From the NCBI GenBank assembly GCA_964643435.1, contig CAZXPY010000002.1, forward strand, positions 16,794-73,612: a stretch of DNA of 56,819 nt, written 5' to 3'. The notes beneath the pieces are model-generated. The model was not told the origin of the DNA. It did no database searches and saw only the letters and a program-made list of their open reading frames with translations. The DNA is from an uncultured Gammaproteobacteria bacterium (GTDB lineage: Bacteria; Patescibacteriota; Microgenomatia; Woykebacterales; RBG-16-39-9b). Shown one piece after another: positions 18,506 to 28,800 of the stretch. The stretch's first letter is position 1, and each line of letters starts with the position of its first letter. Made by a program: the position numbers and the translations under genes.

Positions 18506-18982
18506 ATGGAACAAGTTTCTTCAGACCCCCTAAAAAATAGCTTAAAGAGATCAGTCTCGATTTGGGGAAGAAGATTTGGATATGATGTTTTTTGGGCTGG
18601 AATAATTGGAATTGTTTTAGGATTATTTTGTTCCGCCCTTGTTTGGTATGTCCAAGATGGAATAAAAAGTTATTTTCTCGCTAAGAGTGCAACTCTTCCC
18701 TTTAAGGAAACAAAGATTCTAAAATTAGCTATTTCTGAACCAGAAGACGGACTAACAAGCGATGTATCCACTGTAAAGGTTAAGGGAACCACCACAACAG
18801 CGGCAAAAATCATTTTAACTGGCGGGGTAAGCGATTTAGTAATTGATTCAGATGAAGCTTTTAGTGCCGATTATGAACTAAACGAGGGTGAAAATGATAT
18901 CTCGGTAGTTGCTTTCAGTGATAATGGTGAAACTTCTGAAAGCAGTGTTAGTGTTCTCTACCTAAAGGATGGTATCGAATGA
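18506..18982 (+). CDS. Single-TM protein with C-terminal Ig-like domain
   Basis: TM then L.ISEPEDG...VKG.T...L.EGENDI.V.A; paralog of 19812..20264. Confidence 0.75.
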   Translation: MEQVSSDPLKNSLKRSVSIWGRRFGYDVFWAGIIGIVLGLFCSALVWYVQDGIKSYFLAKSATLPFKETKILKLAISEPEDGLTSDVSTVKVKGTTTTAAKIILTGGVSDLVIDSDEAFSADYELNEGENDISVVAFSDNGETSESSVSVLYLKDGIE

Positions 18983-19737
18983 AAAAAATACTATTAGCCG
19001 CCATTTTTCTCTCAATAATTCTTATCACTCCAGTTTTCGCTAATGACGACGATAGCGATAAAAGCTCTACCAGCGGCGCTAAAGGGAAGAAGATTTCGGA
19101 AAAAATTGAGAAAATAAAGGAAAAAGTCGCTACCAAAGAAGGTCGCTTGCGTGAGGCTACAAGTGAGGCCCAAAAGAAGCTTCTCAAACACCATATCAAA
19201 GGCGTTATCACTAAAATCTTAGGAGATTCTTTCGAATTACAAACCCCAAAATTAACCGTGATTATTCAGACAGATACCGATACAAAGTACGTTCAGATTG
19301 GTGGTGGACCAAAACAGACTATTTCTTTCAGCGATTTAAAGGTAAATGACCGCGTTTCCGTGGTTGGTATCGGGAAAAAGGACCTTGAAGGTTTAGCAAA
19401 ATTGGTTGTCCGCCACCCTAAGCAAAAGTTTTTAAAGAAAAGAGCGGTTTTTGGTACCCTTACTTCAATTGACGGAAACAATTTGGTAATTGCCCACATT
19501 AGAAAAGCGGACATCACTTGGGAAGTTCTAGTTACTGACGAAACAAGAATTAAGAAGATTGGTGCTAATAAAGCCACAATTGCTGATTTAAAGGTTGGTG
19601 ACCGTCTTGTTGCGGTTGGAACCGTGGATGATACCGGTTTAATAACTGCAAAGTTCTTGTTTATCAGCCCCGGAAAATTTAAAGGGATACCCCTTTCCAC
19701 CCCAAGCGCGAAGCCGGCCACAAACTCCGCCCAATAA
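18979..19737 (+). CDS. Secreted DUF5666 (OB-fold) repeat protein
   Basis: Signal peptide; two repeats G.I..I.G...T...TK...DLKV.DR..VVG. Confidence 0.8.
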   Translation: MKKILLAAIFLSIILITPVFANDDDSDKSSTSGAKGKKISEKIEKIKEKVATKEGRLREATSEAQKKLLKHHIKGVITKILGDSFELQTPKLTVIIQTDTDTKYVQIGGGPKQTISFSDLKVNDRVSVVGIGKKDLEGLAKLVVRHPKQKFLKKRAVFGTLTSIDGNNLVIAHIRKADITWEVLVTDETRIKKIGANKATIADLKVGDRLVAVGTVDDTGLITAKFLFISPGKFKGIPLSTPSAKPATNSAQ

Positions 19738-19811
19738 CTAGCGGGTTGACAAAAAAAATAATACTTGTTAACTTTAGATATTAATGAGGCAAAGCCTCTT
19801 TTGTAAACAAA

Positions 19812-20264
19812 ATGGAAGGAATGCAGGTCTCTCCTCAAATCGAAACAAGAAGCAAATTAAGTCTTTCTACCACAAAAGTTTTGGTAATAATTGGTTTAAT
19901 AATAATTGTAATTGCTGTTCCGTTAACCGTGTTCTTGGCAAAAACCCGGCAAGAACCTCGTTCCAAAGCAGCTGAACCTCTACCTCCCCTAACCAAAACG
20001 TTCAAACTAACCTTAACTTCACCGGCTGATGATTTAGCAACGAACCAAAACGTAGTTACCATCTCCGGATCAGTTAATAAAAAGGCGATCATCTTAATTT
20101 CTGGAGGTCTCCAAGAGGAAGCGATTGAAACCACAAATCAATTCTCGCAAAACTACGCTCTTACCTTAGGTGATAACCAGATTGAAGTAACTGCTTTTGA
20201 TGAAGAAGGGAACGAGGTTGGGCAAGTTAGAAATGTTTTATACGTGACGGAACCGCTTGAGTGA
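19812..20264 (+). CDS. Single-TM protein with RSKA motif and Ig-like domain
   Basis: TM-PLTVFLAKTRQEPRSKA; LTSPADD...ISG...LGDNQIEVTA. Confidence 0.75.
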   Translation: MEGMQVSPQIETRSKLSLSTTKVLVIIGLIIIVIAVPLTVFLAKTRQEPRSKAAEPLPPLTKTFKLTLTSPADDLATNQNVVTISGSVNKKAIILISGGLQEEAIETTNQFSQNYALTLGDNQIEVTAFDEEGNEVGQVRNVLYVTEPLE

Positions 20265-21250
20265 GATCACTCGTAAATTCTATGAAAAAAATTATTCTTT
20301 CGACAATAATATTATTCTTAGTGGCAACTTTAATTAGAGTTGATGTTTTTGCTCAAATCCCCGCTCCCCGCCTGTCAAATCCCCGTTCCTCAACACCGAG
20401 CGCCACTGCTAGCGCAAGAGTGGCTACGGCAAGTGCAAGACTTGCCAGTCCTCGAAATTTTGTCACTGGTGTGCTTGTTGCTATTGACGGTACAACCCTG
20501 GTTATTAAAGTTTCACCTTCCGGTCTTAAAGAACCGGAAAGAACTATTTCGGTTGCCACGAATGAAAAAACTAAGTTCTTCTCCATACCAAAAGGTAAAA
20601 GGATTTCGCTTTCCGATCTGGACAATGGTGATAGATTAGCGGTAACCGGGATTAACCCAAAAGATTCGCAAGGAACAGCCCTTTTTGTCTTCCAATTAAA
20701 CCCTTCGATTCCGCCAAGAGTTATTTCCCTTTTAGGTAAAATTACGCGGGTTGAGGATAGTGGTTTTAGTATTGAATCGGTTATTCCAAAAAGAAGTGGT
20801 GAATGGGAGGTTAGAACTACTGAAAATACTAGAATTATAAAGAAGGGTGAGAAAGTCACGGTCAGTGATTTACAAGTTGGCGATGGCGTTCTTGTGGTTG
20901 GGCTCACAACTGGCGAAAATTCTTTAAACGCGAGGTTGGTGGTGGTGTTAGGAACCTCTTTTCTAAAAGCAAAAATTAGTGGGGGCATCCTAAAGAAACC
21001 ACCGGTTGCTACTCGCCCTGCCGGTAGAGGACAAGAAGCCACAAGGGCGGCAACCATAGGTTCTTGTTTGGATCTAAACGGAGATAATAAAGTCACCATT
21101 GCTGATATTAGTGAAGTTGCCAAAAGAGGCCCAAGCAAAAGTGGTGATTCTTTGTACAATGAAAAATACGATGTAAATAGTGATCGTGTAATTGACAAAG
21201 AAGATGTAAAGGCAGTCGCTGCCCAGTGGAATAATACTTGTAGTCAATAA
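20261..21250 (+). CDS. Secreted DUF5666 repeat protein with C-terminal dockerin-like domain
   Basis: Two DUF5666-like repeats; paired Ca loops DLNGDNKVTIAD and DVNSDRVIDKED. Confidence 0.8.
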   Translation: MRSLVNSMKKIILSTIILFLVATLIRVDVFAQIPAPRLSNPRSSTPSATASARVATASARLASPRNFVTGVLVAIDGTTLVIKVSPSGLKEPERTISVATNEKTKFFSIPKGKRISLSDLDNGDRLAVTGINPKDSQGTALFVFQLNPSIPPRVISLLGKITRVEDSGFSIESVIPKRSGEWEVRTTENTRIIKKGEKVTVSDLQVGDGVLVVGLTTGENSLNARLVVVLGTSFLKAKISGGILKKPPVATRPAGRGQEATRAATIGSCLDLNGDNKVTIADISEVAKRGPSKSGDSLYNEKYDVNSDRVIDKEDVKAVAAQWNNTCSQ

Positions 21251-21268
21251 AAAAAGGCCAGAAGCTTT

Positions 21269-21655
21269 TTAGCCCTGGCCCAATTTGTTCTTTAGTTCTC
21301 GCAACAGGGCAAGTTGGCTACGATAATAGCTAGTCAACGCTTCTAAAACTTCAGTCATAAGATGATCCGAGGATTCGGATTTTTCCCACTCACGTCTAGC
21401 CTTAAAGATCCCTCCACGAGTCAATGCACTTTGGGTTAGCTCTGCTATCGTTGAATAGCTAAACTCCATAAGGGACCGAAGGTTTTTTTCGGAAATGTGC
21501 AGCCTAGAAATATGGTCGCTAGAAGGCTCCTTGTACCCTAGCCTCGCAAGCTGGCTTTGGATCGTGTAGATACCTTCGGCAAGTAGCCGGAACTTTTGTC
21601 TTTTCTCTCTCCTTAAACGGCGCTGGACCACTCGAACAGAACGGTTTTTCCTCAC
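21269..21655 (-). CDS. Hypothetical basic protein
   Basis: SD AAGGAGG upstream of an in-frame GTG at 21655 (called ORF starts 144 nt earlier across hairpins). Confidence 0.55.
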   Translation of the reverse strand: MRKNRSVRVVQRRLRREKRQKFRLLAEGIYTIQSQLARLGYKEPSSDHISRLHISEKNLRSLMEFSYSTIAELTQSALTRGGIFKARREWEKSESSDHLMTEVLEALTSYYRSQLALLRELKNKLGQG

Positions 21656-21706
21656 TTTCGGTGAACCTCCTTGCCAAGCTAAGCTTGGATTGAGAAAGTC
21701 CACCCC

Positions 21707-21741
21707 GGCACGTTGAACGTGCCAGTCGCGTTTGACGCGAC
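21707..21741. repeat. REP-like doublet (GT-N3-AC family)
   Basis: GGCACGT-TGA-ACGTGCC A GTCGCGT-TTG-ACGCGAC. Confidence 0.7.
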
Positions 21742-21827
21742 GCCACCAAGACGTTACTTCGGAATTATCCCATAAAAAGTATAATTTGTAAACTAACAAA
21801 CGGAACTTTTTCGTTTCTTAACCCCAC

Positions 21828-21856
21828 TTGCAAACAGGCAAACGCCATCCTATAAT
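21828..21856 (+). promoter_or_regulatory. Sigma70-type promoter
   Basis: TTGCAA-17-TATAAT. Confidence 0.75.
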
Positions 21857-21896
21857 AGGGCATAAGTAGCAGTTTAGCGAGAAAGGAGATCGAGTT

Positions 21897-22484
21897 ATGG
21901 CAAAGCCAAGGGGGGAAGATCCGTTTCCGCAAGAAACAGCCAAGTTTGTCGCAATAGTAAATATGCGGCAGGCGGCTCTCGCCAGTGTATGTGCAATGGT
22001 AGGGTTCGGCCTTGGAAACACCCACATGGCACTCCTTCGTAGGGTCAGCGTGAAAACGATTGAGACCCAAATAGAAGAAGCCATCCGGCACTTAACAGTT
22101 GTTCTTAAGCTTGACTTCCGCCCGAACCGAAGTCAATTTGTAATTATCTGCCATGAAATCATTCAAGAACGAATCCCAGAGATCTTCGCTCTAAACAGTG
22201 CGGAGGCAAAAGAAAAGGCTACCCATTTTGTCACTCTTTACAAACTAAGTCCTAGAGTTGCTGAAGTTTGTGCACTGCTAGGCTACGGATTTAATAGCCG
22301 AGAAATAGCCAGATTGCAGGTAGTACACCCTAAGACGGTTGAGAGCCAACTGCGGAAAGGTAGAATTCTGTTGAGATCCCAACTACGGGTTCTCGGAAAT
22401 CTTACCCATCGCCAATTTGTCATTGTCTGCTACCAAATCGCTAACGACCGCGTACCGCAGCTAGTAAACCCTGCTCAGAACTAG
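21897..22484 (+). CDS. Protein with two tandem LuxR/sigma-r4-type HTH modules
   Basis: VCAMVGFGLGNTHMALLRRVSVKTIETQI and LSPRVAEVCALLGYGFNSREIARLQVVHPKTVESQL. Confidence 0.75.
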   Translation: MAKPRGEDPFPQETAKFVAIVNMRQAALASVCAMVGFGLGNTHMALLRRVSVKTIETQIEEAIRHLTVVLKLDFRPNRSQFVIICHEIIQERIPEIFALNSAEAKEKATHFVTLYKLSPRVAEVCALLGYGFNSREIARLQVVHPKTVESQLRKGRILLRSQLRVLGNLTHRQFVIVCYQIANDRVPQLVNPAQN

Positions 22485-22609
22485 CTGGTACCTAGCCCAA
22501 AAAAGCTCCTGACGCAAACCGCTTTCCCACCTGCATAACCTCGCCACCAAATCCGTAGGGTTTGGTGGCTCTTCTTTTTTCTAGCCTCTTTATGCTAGAA
22601 TTATTCGAT

Positions 22610-23845
22610 ATGGCTAAAAAATTTGAGACTCGAAAAGGTCTTGCCCTGCGTACACCGAAGGGATTCCGGGATTTTTTACCCCCGGCCGCAGCCGGGCGCG
22701 CTTTTCTATTGGAAAAATTAGTTGGCAGTCTAAGAAAATTTGGTTTTGAGCCTTTGGAAACTCCGGCAATAGAATTTGCCGAAACTTTAAAAGGAAAATA
22801 CGGGGAAGAAGAACGACTCATCTTTGAATTTACTGATCGTGGCGGTAGAGCGGTTGCTCTGCGTTACGACCAAACAGTACCACTAGCCAGAGTAGTCGCT
22901 GCTAATCAAAACTTACCGCTGCCTTTCAAACGCTACCAAGTTGGGCCGGTTTGGCGGGCCGATAATCCTCAAAAAGGGCGATTTCGGGAATTTCTCCAAG
23001 TGGATTTTGATATTGTTGGCACTTCAAGCTTAATTGCTGATGCGGAAATTATCGCCGCTGCAATTGCGGCTACAAAAGAGGCGGGTTTCGCTAACTTTTT
23101 GATGAAAATAAACGATCGCGAAACTTTCCGCGGTCTATCTGCCCAAACCATACGAGCAGTCGATAAACTGCAAAAAATCGGCGACGTTGGAGTTGTGGAA
23201 CAATTAAAAAGAGAAGATTACGAAGAGAAAGAAGCAAAAGCGCTTTTAAAGAAAATTAAAGATTCTCCCCCAACTAAAAATATTGAAAACTTATTTAAAT
23301 ATTTGGGGAATTTAAAAGTAGATAAAAATCTTTTTGCTTTTGATCCCACCTTGGCTCGTGGTCTTGATTATTACACCGGAACGATTTTCGAAATGGAAAT
23401 TAAAGGTTACGCTGGTGGCTCGGTTGGTGCTGGGGGGCGGTATGATAATTTAATTGGAATATTTGCTAATAAAAAAATTCCGGCCGTAGGTTTTTCTTTT
23501 GGGTTTGACCGATTATTGGAAGCAGCTGAAAGGTTCAGATTAATACCCAATTATTCACCTTCGTCTCGTGTTTTAGTGACAATTTTTAATGGAAAACTTC
23601 TGCCGCAATCTCTTTCTCTGGTTACAAACTTGAGAAACCAAGGAATCGCCGCTGAAGTTGCTTTGGATGCGGATGAAAAATTAGAAAAACAACTCAAATA
23701 CGCTGATAATAAAGGAATTCCGTTTGCCGCTATTTTAGGACCAAAGGAATCGGAAAGTGGGACGATTACCTTAAAAAATTTAAGTGAAAAAACGCAAAGT
23801 ACAATCTCGCTTACGAGAGCTATTGAAAAAATAAAATCTGCCTAA
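22610..23845 (+). CDS. hisS: Histidine--tRNA ligase
   Basis: TPKGFRDF, LRYDQTVPLAR, WRADNPQKGRFREFLQVDFD, ARGLDYYTG, GGRYD. Confidence 0.98.
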   Translation: MAKKFETRKGLALRTPKGFRDFLPPAAAGRAFLLEKLVGSLRKFGFEPLETPAIEFAETLKGKYGEEERLIFEFTDRGGRAVALRYDQTVPLARVVAANQNLPLPFKRYQVGPVWRADNPQKGRFREFLQVDFDIVGTSSLIADAEIIAAAIAATKEAGFANFLMKINDRETFRGLSAQTIRAVDKLQKIGDVGVVEQLKREDYEEKEAKALLKKIKDSPPTKNIENLFKYLGNLKVDKNLFAFDPTLARGLDYYTGTIFEMEIKGYAGGSVGAGGRYDNLIGIFANKKIPAVGFSFGFDRLLEAAERFRLIPNYSPSSRVLVTIFNGKLLPQSLSLVTNLRNQGIAAEVALDADEKLEKQLKYADNKGIPFAAILGPKESESGTITLKNLSEKTQSTISLTRAIEKIKSA

Positions 23846-24765
23846 TGACTAAATATAAAACTGCCTTAATCTATCTCGGGGTCGCCAGTATTATCTGGGG
23901 TATTACTATACCAATCTTAAAAATGACCCTAGAACAAATCCCCATTTTTACCTTAGCGTTCCTAAGGTTCACGCTGGCAAGTATCTTTTCCCTGCCAATT
24001 TTTTTATTTAATAGGAAAAAAAGATTAGATAAAAAGGATTTGCCCGCTCTTTTAATTGTGGCGCTTCTGGGAACAACTCTAAGCATCTCACTCCTTTTTA
24101 CTGGGCTTAAGTTTTCAAGCGCTATTGATAGCTCTTTAATAATTTCTCTTGGACCGATCGCTACCTCGATTATTGCTTTTGTCTACCTTAAGGAAAAAAT
24201 CTCTAGAATCCATTTATTTGGTATTGCTTTAAGTTTTTTGGGAGTCTTATTTATCATTTTTGAACCAACATTACCCACTAAAATACAACAACAGTCTTCG
24301 CTATTGGGTAACTTTTTAATTTTTGGTGCCGTAATTGCCGGTTCGTTTTTTGTAATTTTATCAAAGAAACTTTTTTCTCACTATAAACCAACAACGATCA
24401 TCACCTTCTCATTTTTTATCGGCGCGATCTCCTTTTTGCCAACCGCAATAATTGAGTATATAAGTGACCCAAATTGGTTGATTAATGTTAATATGTCGGG
24501 AATTTTTGGTGTAGTATTTGTAGGAATATTTTCTTCTTGGTTAGCTTACCTCATTCATGAGTGGTCATTAGAAATCTTACCCATTCATATTATTAGTATT
24601 AGCAGTTACTTAATCCCTATCGTGGCAATAGTCTCTTCTATTTATCTTTTAGGTGAAAAAATTAGCCAAGGTTTTATTTTTGCGGCGGCTCTTATCTTAA
24701 TTGGTACCTTTTTTGGAACTTATTCCAAACACGAACACCACCGCCGTCCCGGCCACCGGGTTTAA
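23845..24765 (+). CDS. EamA/DMT family transporter
   Basis: 10 TM, two EamA repeats (WG...FLRF...LGEK). Confidence 0.9.
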   Translation: MTKYKTALIYLGVASIIWGITIPILKMTLEQIPIFTLAFLRFTLASIFSLPIFLFNRKKRLDKKDLPALLIVALLGTTLSISLLFTGLKFSSAIDSSLIISLGPIATSIIAFVYLKEKISRIHLFGIALSFLGVLFIIFEPTLPTKIQQQSSLLGNFLIFGAVIAGSFFVILSKKLFSHYKPTTIITFSFFIGAISFLPTAIIEYISDPNWLINVNMSGIFGVVFVGIFSSWLAYLIHEWSLEILPIHIISISSYLIPIVAIVSSIYLLGEKISQGFIFAAALILIGTFFGTYSKHEHHRRPGHRV

Positions 24766-24841
24766 TTTTCGTAGAAATGGTAAGGGCCCGGTGATTTGGT
24801 TATCGCTAAACTCTTCACACGGGCCCTGTTTTACCGGCTGC

Positions 24842-25252
24842 TCATTTACCAATCGGTTCCCCGACGAATTGACACCCATCGGCGAGGACGTCCGATGTGT
24901 TCACTTCAGACTTCAGGTCTATTGGAGGCGTAAAGATGATCTTGCAATTGTCCACGTCGACCGGGACTAACTGTCGCAGGACCTCCATTGCCTCCGCTCT
25001 CCTCAACCTAAAGTCCTCCATGCTAGCCGCCAGAATCCTGACGCCGATAACCGGCCGGAAACGAGCGGCGCACACGTCCTTACTTTGGTAGACGATTTCC
25101 ACGTCTCCTAGATTGGACGGGCAGGATCCAGTTTCGGTCAGAGCAACCGGTGTTGGGGTAAGCAATTCCACCCTTACCCCGGTGTTCGCCCTACCTCCGC
25201 AAGCGACAAGCGCTAGCGAAAGGAGCGTAGCTGCTGCGAATAGGAGTTTCAA
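24842..25252 (-). CDS. Predicted lipoprotein; paralog of the C-terminal domain of 25322..25894
   Basis: Lipobox LVA-C; VRI..AS..DFR...A..LR...C..I..PP.D.K...D...GC motif. Confidence 0.75.
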   Translation of the reverse strand: MKLLFAAATLLSLALVACGGRANTGVRVELLTPTPVALTETGSCPSNLGDVEIVYQSKDVCAARFRPVIGVRILAASMEDFRLRRAEAMEVLRQLVPVDVDNCKIIFTPPIDLKSEVNTSDVLADGCQFVGEPIGK

Positions 25253-25296
25253 TTATTGCCTCCTTTCAGGCAACTCGCAGCCGACTAATTATGTAT

Positions 25297-25325
25297 ATAA
25301 TACACTATAGGGTAATAAAAGTCAA
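25297..25325 (-). promoter_or_regulatory. Own promoter of the lipoprotein gene
   Basis: TTGACT-17-TATTAT overlapping the upstream gene's stop. Confidence 0.65.
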
Positions 25326-25894
25326 GTTCCTTGGAGACAACCAGTGGTTACGAGATCTCGCGTCGTAAGTTTATCTTTCACATCTTGAGGAGGCCCCCAA
25401 ATAATGGCTAAATTACAAAGATTACCAACACCAAAACTCCTGATTAAATCCTCTGCCAGTTTTTTCTTCGCCCGGTAATCATCTCTGGAAGCAACTATCG
25501 AGATCCGAACTGCAATTCTATCGGCAGTTTCAAGATGCTCAATACTTATTCCCTGCGTTTTATCCACAAAAGGAAGTTTGGAAATAATTTTCTTTTTTTC
25601 AGATTGATAGAGCTCAGATTTGGAGATCCGTTCACCTTCTTTTAGGTCAGAAGGGGAAATCACGGTGAGTTTCTTAAATTGTTTTCCTGGCAAAACTGTC
25701 TCAATAACATCTTTACTAACATTAGTAGAAAGTTTTATTAATCCTTTTCTTGGTACCCCTTTTTCATCCACTGGGTATTTTTTGCCAAGATAATAATCAA
25801 CGCCTAAAATAACTACAGCAACTAAAACAATCACTCCGATAATTACCAGTATTATATTTTTACGGTTTGTTAGATCTATCAATCGCACCTCCAA
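25322..25894 (-). CDS. Single-TM protein overlapping the stop of the 1353-aa gene
   Basis: N-terminal TM; 16-nt overlap; two-Cys C-terminal domain shared with 24842..25252. Confidence 0.8.
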   Translation of the reverse strand: MEVRLIDLTNRKNIILVIIGVIVLVAVVILGVDYYLGKKYPVDEKGVPRKGLIKLSTNVSKDVIETVLPGKQFKKLTVISPSDLKEGERISKSELYQSEKKKIISKLPFVDKTQGISIEHLETADRIAVRISIVASRDDYRAKKKLAEDLIRSFGVGNLCNLAIIWGPPQDVKDKLTTRDLVTTGCLQGT

Positions 25895-28800
25895 TATCCG
25901 TTATTCATTTTATACGTATTCCAGTTACAGGCTCCACCATTACTTATAATTTTTGCAGCACCCAAAATCTGGTCATATGGATCCCATAAATTGCCGTCTA
26001 AAGGAGACCAAGGCTCTGGCGGTCTTAACCATTCTACACTATGGAACGGTTCATCCTCTCCCGGTATTGTCCAACACGGTGGGGTTTTTGGTCCGTTTCT
26101 AAACCCTGATCCAGAATCAATTCCGTTCCTCCAAAAACCAGAACCGATCCAAAGTGATTTGAGAAACCCAAAAATACCAATCTCACCGCTCTTCCCAATA
26201 GCGCAGAGATCAAAATAACTTTCGCCGATTACGATCTCAACCATTACATCAGCCAAATTTCTGCCAGAAAGGGGTTCAATTTTATCTCCAGCTACTTGAT
26301 AAATATATTGTTGAATACGCTCTGCACCGGGAACACCTAGTTCCTCATGAGGCAGGGGTACGTGACAATCTTGCTTAAATGTTCCGTCTGTATTTGAATG
26401 CCGACCAAATTCACCTATATAAGCATAAACTCGCCACCAATGCTGGGTGTTGGATTTTATTCCTTTCCAGGTAAAGCTAGTTGCTGCTGGAACACGGTCT
26501 GGACTATTTACATTGTTTATAAAGTGGCCAGAAGTCCAACGAGTCGAAGGATTCGTATCAGTTGATAAGTCAACTATATAACCTTGGGCCTTGTTAGACG
26601 CTTGCCAAGTAAATATGGCTGTAACCGTACCTTTATTTCCACATTCAGTACCAACACCGGTAAGACTAAACCTCCCGGGACAGTTTGGTGAGTCGAATTC
26701 TTTGACTGTTACATCGCTTTTTTCACCCTTACTATTGTAGGCATACAAAAACGCTTTAAAGTGCTTGTTATTTTCTAAGTCATTATATTTTATCGTGCTA
26801 GTCGGCGCAGCTATATTAGTGTTATGAATCACGTTTGGTTTAGAAACATCGTATAAAATAACATTTACAACAGTAACATCAGGCGTGACTTTCCAGGACA
26901 AGCCTACAGAGGTCAACTCGTCATTCTGGTTACAGGATCTGTTTGTTACTTGTATATCAGTCGGCGAACTGACTCCTGAAGTAGGTGTAGGTGGCGTTAC
27001 GGCCGCAGTACAATTTGGTGTGGTAAAACTCCTAGTAGTACTTGGTCTCCATTCACCATTATTAAATTTGGTATTAACTCTCCAGTAATAAGTAGTTTTA
27101 CCATTAATAATATTTTGTATAGTGAAGGTTGAAGTAGTTGGGCTCTCTTGTCTTGCATTAAAGAGAATTGTGGCAAAATTATCGTTTTTAGTGGAAAAAT
27201 CAAGCCACTGCTCTATTGCTCCACTCGAAATTGAAGGCACCCATTTAAAGGTCACTTCGACCTTATTGTTAGTTTTGCAAGGACCAATACTTTCGGTTAG
27301 ATTAGTAGCCGGCAATAAGCCTACTACTGGCGCTTTAAAGGTAAAAGAATTCACACGGTTAGAAAACTTGATAAAACCCGGACAATCCGGGTGACGAGCA
27401 GAAACTCGCCAATAATAGACGATTCCTTCCTTCAAACCGCTATTCGGCGGTGCGTGACCGGCGGCAAGAGAGGTATTCCAACTAGCTGGATAGGAAATAT
27501 TCGGTACATCAATATGCGGTCCACTGTACCACCACCACTCCCCCGGTGTACCAAACGGTTGCTCAGATAAATCTACCCAATAGCTGTCTCCGAGTCCAGC
27601 GTATTCTGACCATGAAAATAAAGGTTTGTTTTGGTCGAGTACTTTTTTATCTTCCGGACTAACAAGATATAAATCGGAACTTAATCTACTACAGACAACA
27701 GCCCCGCCCGGAACAGCCGCAGAAGCAATGTTACTAGCTTGAACTGGAGGCAAGGAGACAGTAATAACCGCGTAATAAGTTTTCCCAGCTGTGAGTGCGT
27801 TTGCAAAGTTCATCGTGTGTTTGGGGATAGCAGTACTACAAATATTTATGTCATTACTCTTTACAGCACTATTTAGAATAGCGGTGTAGCTGCCACCATC
27901 AGTACCGACAGTAAGTTGTTCGGTGACGCAAGTGCCAGTCCAGGTCCAGGTGAAATTGGCAGTAGTTGCATTCGTAAAGCTCATACTAAGGTCGGTTATT
28001 GTTGCCGCCCCTCCCCCACTCACACCAAAGCTTATTGGCGCCGCTGCTCCTCCTAAAGAGCAGCCTCCAGTAGAATCATTACAAGACCAAGCTAGCCACC
28101 AGTAGGTTATTCCTGGGGAGAAGGTAGAAGGCGGAGCTCCAATGTTGTTTGAGCTCCAACCAGCACCATTGCTCCAAGCTAGAGAAGTAGCGCTAGTTTG
28201 TTTAAACCAGAATCCGCCAGCGCTGAAGTTATTGTCATTTGGTTTAACTAAGACTTTGTAATAAGTAGCGTTGGTAGCACTACCCCAAGAAAAGGTCGGG
28301 TTAGAGAAGCTACCAGTACCTTGGGGTTGGTTTAGGGTTGGCGGACCTGGGGATTGTCCACCGGTAGGAACCGTTGCAGAAGCAATGTTACTAGCTTGAA
28401 CTGGAGGAAATGAGACAGTAATAACCGCGTAGTAGGCCTTACCGGCTATTAGGCTTGAAGAAAAGTTCATAGTGTGTTTAGGAATATTTGTAGTACAAAT
28501 ATTTACGTTGTCACTTTTTACAGCACTATTAAGAACAGCCGTGTAGCTGCCACCATCAGTACCAACAGTTAATTGTTCCGTAACACAGTTTCCGGTCCAG
28601 GTCCAGTTAAAAGTAGCGCTGGTTGAACCCGTAAACTTCATAGTTAAATCATTAATTATCGAAGGCTCGCCAATCACACTAAAAGAGACAGGGGCGGCGG
28701 CTCCGGAAAGAGAACAGCCTCCAGTAGAGTCATTACAAGACCAAGCTAGCCACCAGTAGGTTATTCCTGGGGAGAAGGTAGAAGGCGGAGCTCCAATGTT

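Noticed and set aside
21765-22821. ORFs 21765..22091, 21818..22084, 22492..22821
   Set aside because: Overlap better-supported genes or promoters; no SD or motifs.
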